DNA of 63,428 bases, filler included, from Folioceros fuciformis (GCA_049999805.1; 12 parts of 12 records of this genome joined end to end with filler, not necessarily neighbours in it), one strand, 5' to 3'. Shown: positions 48,950 to 61,748, counted from the whole stretch's first letter. The notes: generated from the letters alone by a model not told the origin. Numbers and translations are program-made.

Positions 48950-50400
48950 TAGAGATCTTAAGATACATGTCTAAAATAATTCATAGAAGTTGTAGATTTC
49001 TTATTCACAAAGGTGGAGGTGAAGCATTATGTATACATGTCTGGAAGGTAGACAAATTGAGATATATATCTTAAACAATTCATGGAAGTTGCAGAGAAAC
49101 GTATGGAAGATAGAAAATTTGAGATATATGTCTTAAAAAATTCAAGAAAAATATAAAAATATATCGAAGATAAAACAAATTGAGATATATGTCTCAAAAA
49201 ATTCATGGAAGTTATGAAAATTTATGGAAGAGAGAAAATTTGAGATATCTATTTGGAACACTTAATGGAAGTTGTAGATTGCTCATTCAGCATCTTAGAG
49301 GTGAAGTATCATGTACAAATATTTATAAGTGAAATATTATATCAATTTCCAGCATATGAAACCAATTTCATAATTAATGCTAGATTATTATAAACTATGC
49401 TCTAAGGGCTGGTGTTACTAACTTAACACTCCCACTTGACACCTACCCATTAGGCTTTGTGACTTTTATTGTGTTTCATTAATAATGATCATAATATTTT
49501 AAATTTATTATTTTTTCATGATTTTTAGAATATAGTGGAATTGGACCTATATGTGCTTGGTCCTCATGTAGAACTTCAAATTGTAAGTGAGTGCAATAGC
49601 CCTTTAATTGTTGCAAAATATGTCTTGAACTTCTACGAGTTCAGATAGTTGAAGAAGTTGTCATAAGCTATCCTTACTACATTAGCAAGTAAGCAATATT
49701 CGGCTTCAGTAAAACTAAGTTATTGTTTGCTACTGTAGCTTATAGAAGCATATAAATGAAGCATATTGTGCTCCTCCTATCAATAAGATTCCTTGCCCAA
49801 TTGGTCTTATTATAGCCTTCAAGCTGTAGAGATTCACCATACTTCGTAGGCAACTTGTATACAAGTGTGTAAAGCATTAACTATTTGAAGACCTGTTTGG
49901 TTGCCTTCCAATGAGCTTTAGTTAGGGTTTACAGAAATTGGGATAAAACTCCCACTAAAAATAAAAGGTACGGCCTAGTGCATACTATGAGGTACATAGA
50001 GTCCCAGTGGTGGAGGAGCATGTTGTCTTACTGGTGCCAAAAACAAGTTGCCTCACAGTCCTTCTCTTTGTTGAGTTTAAAGTTGTCCTTCATAAAGATA
50101 GAAATAGGTGTAGTTTCTAGCATCTTGTATGTAGTTAGGACTTTTTGAATATAGTTAGATTGATGAATGAAACTTCTTCAAGTTTTTCTATAACTTAAAA
50201 CTTCAATGCCTAGACAAAATGCAAGTTCTCCAAAGGTTCATGAATTCTTTGCAAGCATCCACTTAGCAAGATCTTTAAGAATGAGTTTAGAGTTGGAGAT
50301 AAGAACAATGCCTTAATGTATACTCTTAGTAAAGTACAAGTACAGTGACTACCGTATCTCTCTCGATGTAGATAATGCTATTTGAGTGTAGCCTAGTGAA
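48950..50400 (-). mobile_element. Highly decayed copia RT/RNase H with PPT (49429-49437) and AT-rich LTR-like region
   Basis: Minus-strand remnants WKATKQVF, WARNLIDRRST and SFTEAEY; AAGTGGGAG-TGTTAA junction; loose ~60-bp AT-rich repeats at 49050-49270. Confidence 0.7.
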
Positions 50401-51413
50401 TCCTAAAGACTAAAAACTAGTATATTAAGCCGCAATGCCAATGAGCCAAGCTGGATACACACATAACTGGCTGGTGCAAGAGCAGTCTTGGTGTAAGCTT
50501 GGGATGCTCCAAAATCGTTGTTTGACATCATTACAATGAGAAAAGAGGAAAAACACAAGAGCACACGCTCAATGCTCATATGAGAGGGACTCAACTGGGA
50601 GGGGAATGAATCTTTCAACAAGCTTGCTCCAGCGCTATCCGCCCTGTAAAATGGAGCTTAAATGTTCTCAATAGGGCGAGGAAAGCTCGAACTCCCACAT
50701 GATTTGAATTAGCACTTACAACTAGGAGGACGTTTTATGCGGGGTAAAGAAAATCCCCACCTCAAGCTCGTGCTTCTTCCCTGAATGTCGTTGCCACGAA
50801 CAGTCTTCGCTCAGAGGGACCTCTGTGTGGCCATACATAACGTAGCCCGGCTATTCGGCGTGGCATGTCTCAACATACATGGGAACATTGTCTATGGCTG
50901 GAATCGCAATTCGGACGACTACAGATGTACATTGTACATAGGTGGGCGGTTCCTAATGGACGGTGGTATACAGTTGAGGCGGGCCCGGGAGTGGCGATGC
51001 GGGAATACATGTCGCTTATCGGTGTCATAGGCGGCTACAGATTCCAATTTCCCAGCACCGTCTACACTACTCGCGATTTGTCAGCATCAGGTTTGTTGTA
51101 GTGCGCGGTGCATCACGCACCTGCGGTGTGGTGGGTGGTTCATGGGGTAGCAGATCCGTGCTGCACAGCGCGACATTCCTCGTGCTGCTGGCCTGGATTT
51201 TGAGAATTGAAGTTGGATGATCGTGCGCTTAGAGACTCACTGTACCTTGCAGTGGGGCGGTTTATTGAATGCTCACCACCGTCTGAAATTTTAACTCCTC
51301 AGGTGCGAAGCTCCTCGGGGTGAAACTAGCAGTGAAGCTGTGCCAGGAGGGTCAAGAAGGGAGAGCTACTTTTCGGGATCCGGCTAGCTGGATCGCTTTG
51401 GTTCCTCGCCAAC

Positions 51414-53315
51414 ATGGCAAGCATGGGGTTGTTACGGTCGGCTGGCAATGAGGATGAGGACAGGGGTGGTAGACGGCATCGCCGTAGATTGAGGTTCGAT
51501 GGCACCGCTGGTGAGGTTGAGCAGCAGGTTGGGTGCAGCGATGCTAGAGTCAGGAGTCTTTTCGTGACGGAAAGGCGGGCTCCTCTGTGTCTTGTCCTGA
51601 GGGCGTCACGGAAGCAGCGCTCTAGGTATCACGTTCTCTGGCCAGGTTACCAGCATGCCCAAAACTTCTCTCTTGAGCTTGCGGCGCTGGGCAGGGCAGC
51701 AAAACATGTTTTGGACAATGTAAGACCTCAGACTGTGGGGGTGATGTGCGCAACTGGAGCGTCCTTTGCGTGCAAATGCGGCTTGATTTTGTTTCTGAGT
51801 GTGTTTCTCGACAAGTCCTGGCCTGTTCTACAGATTTCTAGTGTTTGTACTCTATTTCTGGAGCCCGTCAGATCGTTTCTTCCAAACGCGATAAGGATTG
51901 CTCTGCAACCAGTGAAGGCTTTGATGAGACCGGTTTTTGGGTTGATGTTGTCACGACCTTTATTGTGCCTGGCGTGGCCTGATGCTTATAGGACTGCTAG
52001 GTTTTGGCGTCGTCTCCTTCCCATTTATTTTGCATATATTAGAACCAAGCAGAGTGTAAGATGGAAGAGTGCAGAGGAAAGGGAGAAGATATGGGCCAGG
52101 AGGCATGATTGGGGTGGGGTGAAGGTGCATCAGCTGGTTTTGGACATGAGTGGTTTTTATGTGAAGTCCGCTCAGATTCTTGCTAGCAAGGCTGATTTTG
52201 TACCCAAGGCCTGGATCAAACATCTGTCTAAGCATTTTGATGATCAGCCGCCTCGTCCATTTTCAGAAGTTGCACTCAGTGTGAGGCAACAGCTGGTGAG
52301 ATGTGAGCGTGGACCGTCTCTGCCTCTGGATGCCAAGGGTCTTGTTCCATTAAATTCGGTGTTCTTACACCTTGAACCAACTCCTTTAGCATCAGCCTCA
52401 ATTGCTCAGGTTCATGGAGCTATTCTGAATGACGGTACAAGGGTTGTGGTGAAGGTGCAACACCTAGGAATGGAAACTTACATGCATTCAGATCTCCGCA
52501 ACATTGCCTGGGTGGCAAAGTTTCTGCGGGGCCAACTTCCCTTCGATCTCACTGGTGTGGTGAAGGAGATACAACAAACTATACCTCTGGAATTTGACTT
52601 CCAGCGAGAGGTGTGGTTTATGACACGGATCAAGGAGAACTTACACAGTAATGGCTTTCAGCACATTGCTTGCCCGTCCCCGATCGAGTATCTGTGCACC
52701 AAGCGTCTCATTGTGATGGACAGGATTGATGGTGTTCCTTTTACACGCGTCTTGCACTGTGGAACTGAAGAGAGGGGCAGGTCCGATGAGTTGGTGCCTC
52801 TGGTAGAGCAGCTGCTGCACGCCTACGGCCAGATGTTGCTTGTGGATGGCATTTTCCATGCTGATCCGCATGCAGGTAATTTACTCCTCCTTCCGGATGG
52901 AAGACTTGGACTCCTTGACTTTGGTCAAAGCAAAATTATTGACAGAGACACTCGACTACTCGTAGCCCGCATGGTGCTTGCTCTGGCAGATGGATCTGAA
53001 ACAGAAATCGCCAGTGCTCTCATCCAGACGGGTATGGTTTTTCAAGATGTTCGGGGGTTCCCCATGTCGGAGTGCACGTTAGCTGTGATGGCTCGGATTT
53101 TATTTGACACTTGTTATGTAGAGGAGGCTACAGTGTCCCCCATGTCGGACGACTCTATTTTACGCACCTTTCCTCTCACCTCATTCAATCAGTCATTCTG
53201 GATGGTCATCCGAACGATTGTTCTTTTGCGAGGGTTGTGCTATGAGCTGAACATGAACGTCTCAGCAGCTGCCGTTTGGCGTCCGTTTGCTGCCGCCCAG
53301 CTTGTGACACATTAA
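51414..53315 (+). CDS. ABC1/UbiB/COQ8-family atypical protein kinase (ABC1K), single open frame, 633 aa
   Basis: GFYVKSAQILAS, PLASASIAQVH, VVVKVQH, LEFDFQRE, FHADPHAGN, LLDFG. Confidence 0.93.
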   Translation: MASMGLLRSAGNEDEDRGGRRHRRRLRFDGTAGEVEQQVGCSDARVRSLFVTERRAPLCLVLRASRKQRSRYHVLWPGYQHAQNFSLELAALGRAAKHVLDNVRPQTVGVMCATGASFACKCGLILFLSVFLDKSWPVLQISSVCTLFLEPVRSFLPNAIRIALQPVKALMRPVFGLMLSRPLLCLAWPDAYRTARFWRRLLPIYFAYIRTKQSVRWKSAEEREKIWARRHDWGGVKVHQLVLDMSGFYVKSAQILASKADFVPKAWIKHLSKHFDDQPPRPFSEVALSVRQQLVRCERGPSLPLDAKGLVPLNSVFLHLEPTPLASASIAQVHGAILNDGTRVVVKVQHLGMETYMHSDLRNIAWVAKFLRGQLPFDLTGVVKEIQQTIPLEFDFQREVWFMTRIKENLHSNGFQHIACPSPIEYLCTKRLIVMDRIDGVPFTRVLHCGTEERGRSDELVPLVEQLLHAYGQMLLVDGIFHADPHAGNLLLLPDGRLGLLDFGQSKIIDRDTRLLVARMVLALADGSETEIASALIQTGMVFQDVRGFPMSECTLAVMARILFDTCYVEEATVSPMSDDSILRTFPLTSFNQSFWMVIRTIVLLRGLCYELNMNVSAAAVWRPFAAAQLVTH

Positions 53316-53796
53316 TCTGTTTATCTCTTCTTCCTTGTCTCGTATATTATGTTCCCTTGACATAATTTATTAATAATCTCGTTCATCGCGGGTAATGATT
53401 CCCTTCAGTTAAGTATGTAAGCCGAGTTGCAAAAAGTTTCACCCGTCAGAGCACCGACTGACCATCAACCCTCCGTGGAATGGTCGGAGAGGACGTTCAT
53501 CTGGCGCTGGACTGGAATCCGGTCAGGGACCCGGTCTGCGCTGCAATCGCGCTCAGGTCAGCCGGTCTCATCTCATCGTCCGGGTTGTGAGGATCGTCTG
53601 AGTTGGAAACCCAAACTGGAAGTACAAACTATAGAACAGATCCTGTTCAAGTATAGTCGTGTTGCTATGCGCGGACAGAAGGGTATATATTCTGTGGTCA
53701 CAATTGTTTCTTTGTCAATATGGGTTATGAACGTTTTCTATCCGCGTTGTACGAACACAATACTCTGCGGTTTGTCGATTCACTTCCTGCATCCTT

Positions 53797-53975
53797 TGAG
53801 CCTGCCTGTGCTCTTTCTTTGGCATTCAGAACTTTAGAGGTTTGCGTGCTTTGAGCTTGCCTGTGCTCTTTTCTTGGCATTCAGAACTTTAGAGGTTTGC
53901 GCTGCCTTGAGCTTGCCAGTGCTCTCTTTTTGGCATTCAGAACTTTAGAGGTTTGCGCTGCCTTGAGCTTGCCTG
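53797..53975. repeat. About 3 x 55-56-bp tandem repeat
   Basis: Core TTGGCATTCAGAACTTTAGAGGTTTGCG occurs three times. Confidence 0.9.
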
Positions 53976-54461
53976 CGCTTGCTCGCCCATGCATATTCAG
54001 AACTCGAAGTGTCGACGCATTCTCATCCGTGTATGTCTCTTCGTCGTTCCTTGGTCTCGTGAGGAGGTTGAAGGGCACACTCGGTGTGCCACCGTCGAGG
54101 TCAAAGACCGGCCGACGTCGAGGATCGAAGGAGGGCCGACAGTCAGTCAGGCGAAGCGTGTAGACCACGACGAGTCGAGTATTTCCGCTTTTGCGGTACC
54201 TGGGAACACCGGCGTTTGGATACGAGTTTGTGGACAGACTGAAAGAAGCCTCGTGCGCTTCTAGGCTGTACGGCGTAGTAAGCCGACGCGGGAAAGAGAA
54301 TCCTTGTGTATGTCTGAAATGAACAGCAAGCCGATGAGTACGGGCATGATCTTCGGAATCTATGAGGAATGTTTCTATCAACATGCACCAACCCGACTTC
54401 TCAAAATCTAACTCATAACAAAAACGTGGAAACGCCGTCCAAAATTGAAGGCAAGGGTCAT

Positions 54462-55992
54462 TCCTGCGGGCAGAAAGACAAAGAAGTCAAGGTCCAGATG
54501 CAAACTCCAGATACGACTTTGCTCCAGTGCCATAGCAGAGGAAAATTGCAAATTGGGGAAAGCTTACAAATCTTGTTGAAAGCGACAATATCGCAACTCT
54601 GGATGTAGTCTGAGGCAGGCTCGGACAACAGATAATCTTCAATCAGGTTATCCACAGAGACCAGATCATCTTCAATTGTCATCATGATTGTCAGCTTTTT
54701 GATTCCTGCAACAACAGTCTGTAGCTTGGCTGCAAAAGCAACGACAACAAGATCATTGGTAGGCCTGAAGCTAGACCGTGACCTCTAATACACCAAAGAC
54801 TCAAAAAGTGGTTTAGTACGTACAGGCACCCCACATGAGGCCAGGCATTTCAACCTTGCGCACATGTTCCTCCAGCTTTACCATGTCAGTCTCATCATCC
54901 CAAGGCTTCACATCGAGCAGGACTGAAGACTTCCCAACTGAAAATGTCCCCAAGGCAACATGATTTATGAGTGATACGGCAAATCCTCGAAACGAAGTCC
55001 GGAAAGGAATGACACAAAGAATCACCCTTCGGTTTGCAAGCCGTGCAACTTTGCAAAGTCCGGTACTTCTGAGTCAGCCAGTCAGGAAATTGGTCGCTGC
55101 TGCTTGAACAAAGACCACATTCTGCACTCTCGTACTCACCTACTTTCTTCTTATCTCCAGCTTTCTTAAGAGCTGCTTCCCGTTCTGCTGCAGCAGCCTT
55201 CTCTTCTTCGGTCTCATCCCCGAACAAATCCAAGTCGTCATCATCATCATCCGCCTGACGGAAAAGGCGATAAATTCAGGTTCGTAATATACAGTAATTG
55301 TGAAGATGAAACGAACACGGAAATAGCTTCATATAAAGTCTTTGAAGGTATTACCTTCGCAGGCTCAGCCTGCGTAGGGGCAGCCTCAGGGGTGTGGGCT
55401 GGGACCGCTGGGGAGGGAGGCACAAACTCCCGGCTAGTGGGTCCGGCTTCAATCACGACACCAACACCTTGACCCGCAAAGCTGTAGAGCCATGGACAAT
55501 CGTCAGGAACAAAAAACCCCAAGCCGAAAGCCTAGAGAACGAAGGACTGGAAAGTTATGCGAAATGACAACCTGCTGCCGAGGAGTCCGCTGATGTGCTT
55601 GTACCACCGGGAGGCGTTCACAAGGTCCGCAGGAGGGGCCTCCTTGAGAGCGGCGAACACGGTCAAATCATCCTTGGACGCCTGGTAGCTGAAAAAGGAA
55701 ACAACAATCAAGCTCGGGGATGAAGTAAACACCAGAGGCACATGCTGATGGTGCAAATGCCCACCACCTGAACCCTAAACAACGTGGTCCCCTGAGACAT
55801 AGGGGACGCATGCAGGAGCAGACAAAAGCACTGCCAGTGAAAGAACCCGGGTGACCAAGGCAGACACAACAACATCTCAACATCTCCAAATCGCAAATAG
55901 GCTTACGCTGAGATGTAGCTGCGAGTGAGCAAATGCTCGTCCAGCTCTTTCAACCCCTGCTTGCTAGAAAGATCTTTCAGCACGACGGCCAT
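54462..55992 (-). CDS. EF1B: Translation elongation factor 1B beta/delta; exons 55992-55907, 55688-55572, 55481-55355, 55254-55140, 54937-54824, 54729-54568, 54463-54462
   Basis: [87 protein letters not shown] introns are in phase. Confidence 0.95.
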
Positions 55993-56265
55993 TGCTCCCG
56001 GCGTCGGATGCACTGGGACGCTGGACGGGACAGGTCTGAGAGCTTCACGAGACGGCGCTGAGACCTTTACCAGATTTTACTGTTCAACCAGCAGCCCTAA
56101 ACTATTGGTTGTTCATATTTGGCACGGATATCCAGCACAATTCGCATATATATACTGCATATTATTTCAAACGTCGCCCAAAACACAAACAAAACGAACA
56201 CTTCAATTAATTCTTGAGCATTCCTTCAAGTTCAGTCGGGCTCCAAGAATCTCACGTACCACTGC

Positions 56266-56273
56266 TAGGGTTT
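56266..56273 (-). promoter_or_regulatory. Telo-box (AAACCCTA) upstream of EF1B; second copy at 56521-56528 (+)
   Basis: TAGGGTTT about 275 nt upstream of the ATG; the motif is typical of plant translation-machinery promoters. Confidence 0.45.
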
Positions 56274-56578
56274 TGCTTGTGGTTGCTGCCAAAGAATGAA
56301 TCAAGGGATGTATTGGTTGTATGGGACTATTAAAAAACAGTGAGTCATAAGATCAATCTCTGGATCAGTACATTTAGATTAAGAGCCTATACATACATAT
56401 ATAGCTTTCAAACATAACAACACCTCGATGTGAATAAACGGTATCTCGACCATTGATTATGGTATTATTATATACTTATGGGATATACTTACGACATTCT
56501 AGTACGGATGTGTTGTTACAAAACCCTATGGATTTCTAACACTGGTACTTAAGACATCAACAATCTAACCTATAAGAC

Positions 56579-57295
56579 TTACTCAAGTAACCCTAACATC
56601 TTGTTAAACTTCATATGTTTCTTTAAGGCTAAACCTTTGGTAAGAACATCAACCAACATGTCCTCTGTAAGACTGTTAGCTAATTCTATCTCTTTAGATT
56701 GAACTTGCTCCATGATGAAGTGATACTTAACTTCAATGTATTTTGTCCTTAAATGAAAAATAGCATTCTTGGCCAAATGAATGCAACCTTGATTGTCATT
56801 GAAGATGAGTGTTGGTCCTTTATGCTTGAATCCTATCTTTTTGAGTGTCAGTCCTTTCTACTTGAATCCTATCTCTTTGAGTGTCGGTCCTTTCTATTTG
56901 AATCCTATCTCTTTGAGCAATCTTCGAAGCCATATGGTTTCCTCTGTTGTAGTTGAGGTCGCCATGTACTCTATTCTGTATTCTACTTCTGTAGAGGATA
57001 GTGCTAACGTGGGTTGACGTCTACTACTCCACGAGATGGCTATCTCGAATAGCATGAAGACATCCAGTGGTAGACTTGTGGGTATCGACGTCTCTAACCC
57101 AATCTCAATGTGAATCACAAAATCCAACAACGTGGGCTTCTTCTTGTTGCTTTCGGTAGGTCAATTTCCAGTGCTTTGTACCTCCAAATACCTGAAAATT
57201 CTCTTGACTACTTAATAATGTTGTTGTTGAGTGAGGATTGACCAAGAATTGGCTCACAACCCCCATTGTCTGTACTATGTCTGGCCTTATGCTTA
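56579..57295 (-). mobile_element. Decayed copia RNase H fragment with a ~36-bp x3 tandem
   Basis: AISWSSRRQPTLALSSTEVEY, AKNAIFHLRTKYIEVKYHF, DVLTKGL. Confidence 0.88.
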
Positions 57296-57695
57296 GTGCT
57301 GCTGTATGGTAATATAGAGAAGAGGGTAATCCAACAGTCTACTGAATTTGTTGAATAAAGTGATAGAAAAGATTTGCAACCTGAAAAATGTAGGATGTGA
57401 AAGTTAAGTTAAGTTAAGTATATCTTCTAACGAAGAGGAAAGTTTGAGCTTTAAGAACAATGGAAAACGATTGGCACAGAAGAACATTCGAGAGGACGGG
57501 GAGAATGGTTCAATCCCATTCCCACTTTTTTAAGAAAATTTTGAAAGGGATAGATAGCACATAAGCCCTTTTCGATGTATGTAAGTACTGTACATACTCT
57601 AGGCATTCAATGTATCTAAGCCAGGTCTGGACTCTTCGAAAGACGCATCGTGACCGAACGGCAGTGGTCGATCTCGGCGCAGTCTAGCTGTCCAT

Positions 57696-57750
57696 CTTCT
57701 AGAAGCAGGCCGAGAGTGTTCGACTGGTTAGAGCTAGAAAGTTCCCGAAC
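57696..57750 (+). promoter_or_regulatory. Heat-shock elements
   Basis: cTTCtaGAAg at 57696-57705 and a perfect three-unit aGAAagTTCccGAAc at 57736-57750, about 190 nt upstream of the sHSP ATG. Confidence 0.82.
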
Positions 57751-57940
57751 GTCGTGCTCGGACTTCTTAAGCGGCGCGTTGCCAAGTTTATGTCACCTCG
57801 CAGTTCTTCCAGTCTATTGTACACTTTCTAGCAGCTGAAGAAGATCATCCAGTGGAAGTTGAAGAAGGCGATCAGCGTGTCAAGTTTCGACGATCTACGT
57901 CACGCGAGGAGCTCGCTCTGCGGTGAAGAGTGTGTTGTAG

Positions 57941-58367
57941 ATGGCGCTTACTCCTTTCCTCTCACGCTTGGGCAATGACGATGTCTGGGATCCCTTCGCT
58001 TTCCACCGACTGTGGGACCCTTTCGAGAGCTTCGGACTAGCCGAGAGGACTCCTGCTCGTTCTTTCGCGAGGGATGCAAGTGCGGTGGCCAGCACCAGGG
58101 TTGATTGGAAGGAAACACCAACGGCTCACGTCTTCAGAGCAGATTTGCCTGGTAGGTCCTGCTGCTTGACAGAAGTGAACTACTTACGTCGGTATTGGTT
58201 GGAAGTGTGGTGGACAAGGATATAGTCGCTGACAAGGCCGTGAATTCACTTCGTGTAGGTCTTAAGAAGGAAGAGGTGAAGGTGGAAGTGGAGAACGGGC
58301 ACGTACTGAAAATCAGTGGAGAGCGCAGCAAGGAGGAGGTGCAGGAGACAGACAAGTGGCATCATGT
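57941..58367 (+). CDS. HSP20: Cytosolic class I small heat-shock protein (HSP17/18), intron 58152-58258, 3' end in gap
   Basis: [58 protein letters not shown]; a phase-1 GT-AG intron restores the frame. Confidence 0.93.
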
Positions 58368-58778
58368 NNNNNNNNNNNNNNNNNNNNNNNNNNNNNNNNN
58401 NNNNNNNNNNNTTAATTAATTAANNNNNNNNNNNNNNNNNNNNNNNNNNNNNNNNNNNNNNNNNNNNCTCCAACCTTTGATTTTGAAGACTTCCAGAATC
58501 GTTTGAGGAACTACTGGGGCAACGTTGCTCCTACCCTTGGTGGCACAGCAAGTGTACTTAGTTCGACATGAATCCCCTTCCCCACAGCAGGCAACCCTGC
58601 TGCTGGAGTTGGGAAGCCTTCGAACACAACTGGAAGCGCAGGAGCAAGCTCATCACAACAACCTGCACAAGAAACTGGTTTCTTTCTTGGCTTTGCTCCC
58701 AGTGGTGGTTTTAATTTCGTTCCATTCCAGGGGAATCAAATTCCACCAGCACCTCCTATCAACAATCCAGTACAAGCT

Positions 58779-60420
58779 ATGGCGATCAACCCAGGCTCCT
58801 TCAAGATTGAGTTCAAGAACAAGGACCGTTTCAATGGCCATGACTATCATATTTGGGTCATGCAATTGACCCAGATCTTGGAGGAGAACGAGTTGAGCCC
58901 ATCCCAGTAACTCAACCTAACAACGCAAATGCAGCTGATATATTAGTGTGGCAGAGGAAGGACAGGAGAGCTCGTTCCATTCTGCTGGCATCTCTCGACA
59001 GGAATATGATGCCCCATACCATGGATGCGGACACATTTGTAGCGGTCCGGAGCAATTTCAAACTTATTTATCGGGACAAGAGTTCAGTTTCTCTCATAAT
59101 GGCACATAGGGACTTCTTCAATATCCGCATGAAGGATAGTGAGACTACCGAGTCCTACATGAACAGATTTCGGACTGCCCGTGCCACTCTTGCATACTGT
59201 GGAACAACTTTTTCAGAGTCTCAAGCTGCCATAGGGTTTTTGGCATCCATGCCTGATAGCTATTCTCATTTCACCAATTCACAGAATGCCACTTTGCAAG
59301 ATAGGGGGGTCAGTGATCTTGTGGTCCAATAAGAAGCTCTCGACTATATGCTTGTCCTCAACTAAGGTTGAGTATGGCGCACTTTCTCAAGCAGCGAGGG
59401 AGGTTATCTGGATTCGGTCTTTTCTAAGAGGGATACAGCAGCTTGCAGCAGGACCGACCATACTTTGGTGTGATAACCAATCAGCAATAGCGTTGTCGAA
59501 GAATCCTGTTTTCCATGCTGGGTCCAAGCACATTGAAATTACTCATCACTTTATAAGGCAAGCTGCTGATATAGGAGAAGTAGAGGTCTGCTACATTTCT
59601 ACAACAAAGAATATTGCTAACCTACTTACTAAGGCCTTACCCAATGCTTCACATTTGAAGCACTCGACAACAGCTAGACTGAGACTTATCACAGCTGCAA
59701 GGAAGACTGGTACAACACACTAAGGTGAGATGCAACCCCAAGCCTAGACATGCACATGATATCCCTGGTCTTTTATCCTTTTTTCAAGGCTTGCAGCAGT
59801 CCCTCTATTTTCTTCAACTCATCTAGCAGGGCTGCAAGTTAGCAAGGGCAGGGAAGTCAATCAATGTGCATGTTTGGATATTGGAGACTGCACATACTGG
59901 GGTAGGGCAAGGTGGATGAAGCACCACATAAATGTAAGCGCTTGGTCTCCCCCATTAAAGTTGTCATATCTTCTCTTCTTTTGAAGTTTCCTTTCAGGGG
60001 GAGTGTTTTCATTTTCACCAGGTGCTTTAGTTGCTCGCATCAGAATCATTTGATCTCTTTTGCTCAGCTCCTTTTGTGCATCAAAGGTAACCCGATATGC
60101 GTAGTAGTAATCCAGCTCCCCTTTTTCCTCTGGCATTGCCATCTCCATAGCTCTCTGGTATTCCAGCCTTGATAGTCTACCTTCAATGACACCTCAGGAG
60201 GTGAATCATAAACCTGCACCTAGTCACCAGCATGGGTCATGATCTTCAGAGTCCACTCCCTAGTAGAGCACTTAGAGGCATGGATCCACTCCCTTCCTCA
60301 GTGAACACAATCAATGCCATTTGGAGTAGACTTCCTTGATTTCTCCATCAGCAGGCAGCAATGATTGCAAGCAAGGAACCAGATTCCCAACAAGATGATC
60401 ACAGACCAGGCAAGCAGGAG
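58779..60420 (+). mobile_element. Internally deleted copia: gag joined directly to RNase H near 59305
   Basis: Gag (FNGHDYHIW, WQRKDRRARSILL, IRMKDSE) is followed at once by GSVILWSNKK..KNPVFH..NLLTKAL; homologous to 62806-63428. Confidence 0.85.
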
Positions 60421-61419
60421 NNNNNNNNNNNNNNNNNNNNNNNNNNNNNNNNNNNNNNNNNNNNTTAATTAATTAANNNNNNNNNNNNNNNNNNNNNNNN
60501 NNNNNNNNNNNNNNNNNNNNCAATGGAGGACAGCATAACTTGTACATAAACTGAGTCGGTTCGGTTAGTGTTCTCTTTCCACACTCGTGAGTGATGTAGC
60601 TGCGACCTGTTCAGGGTTTAGGGTGATTCACAACTTTTTTGAGAACGAGTCCAACTGCTTTCGTTCGTTTTTGAGAACGAGTCCAACTGCTCTTGGTGAC
60701 TACGTCAAATCTTGTATCCTTCAAGTAGTGCCGCCTTTTGGTTAGAATGGATGGTATCCTACTTCACACATCAATCATATATCAGTTGGCAACTTCCTAG
60801 GGTGACCTTGAAAAGGGGTGTACATGAAGCTCTCTGATCCTGAAGACAAACTGTTCATGACGCCACTCGCACCCGGAGCTCGTCAATCTCCAGCCACGGG
60901 ACAGGATAGGTATTTTGCTACCCCCGCCCCTGACAACTGTGAACCAGCCCCAGTAGAGGCCCGTCAAGATGTAGATACCCTAGGGCTCACAGGGGAACGC
61001 TAAGAGAGACAAAAATGGAACTGATTGTCGTGGGAAGGGAGGCCTGGGTTGCATGAACACCAGACTGAAAAGAGAGGCCATCTGGACGGCGAAGGGCAAA
61101 AAATCATGGACACGGGCAGAGACAGCTGGTGACCAGGGTGGCAGCGGTATGGGCAAGTCCTCAATATCGGGGTCTGTGTTTGAGCGCCCAATGAGAGAGA
61201 CCGGGGAGAACAACGTTAATTGCCTGACAGATCCGAGTGATAGGTGAGTGAGATCCTGGTTGACAGTAAATTGGGCTCCAGCGTCTTGCGCGATGACGTG
61301 AGAAACCAACACACGTGAGAAACTGGCATACTCATTCACGGTCGACCCTCACAACTGTACACAGTTTCACCACATTCACTGTAAAACACATACACAGAAA
61401 TGGCTGAGACTGTCTGTGC

Positions 61420-61748
61420 CATTTCTTCGTCACCACCATACGTGTCCCACTCGGAGTGTTCAACAGACCAAATACCAGAGCTGATTTCTCAGCATGCAGT
61501 CCGTCTTCCTTTTCCTTCTCGGACAGTGGCCCGAGCACCAACTTTGTGTGAGGTACGTGGCCTCCTTCCTCCTTCAGACGAGCATTTGTGCTCTTTAGCT
61601 TGAGGGCAATATCCTCTCTCCTTTCTCCAACCAGGAATCGATGCACCTCCTTGTTCTCCTCAACGGTTGCCACTGCAGGTTTCTTGTTAGCCCCTGCTAC
61701 CATTCTCTGTGTTTCAATGCTATCTACATCTGTCCACCTACCTGCATC
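61420..61748 (-). pseudogene. PLS-class PPR E2 plus DYW:KP domain fragment, truncated before the CxxC motif
   Basis: DAGRWTDVDSIETQRMVAGANKKPAVATVEENKEVHRFLVGE...GHVPHTKLVL...KEDGLHAEKSALVFGLLNTPSGTRMVVTK. Confidence 0.85.

Noticed and set aside
58166-58180. TTGACAGAAG resembling the miR156/157 5' end
   Set aside because: The match ends after 10 nt and no hairpin is evident; it lies in the HSP intron.
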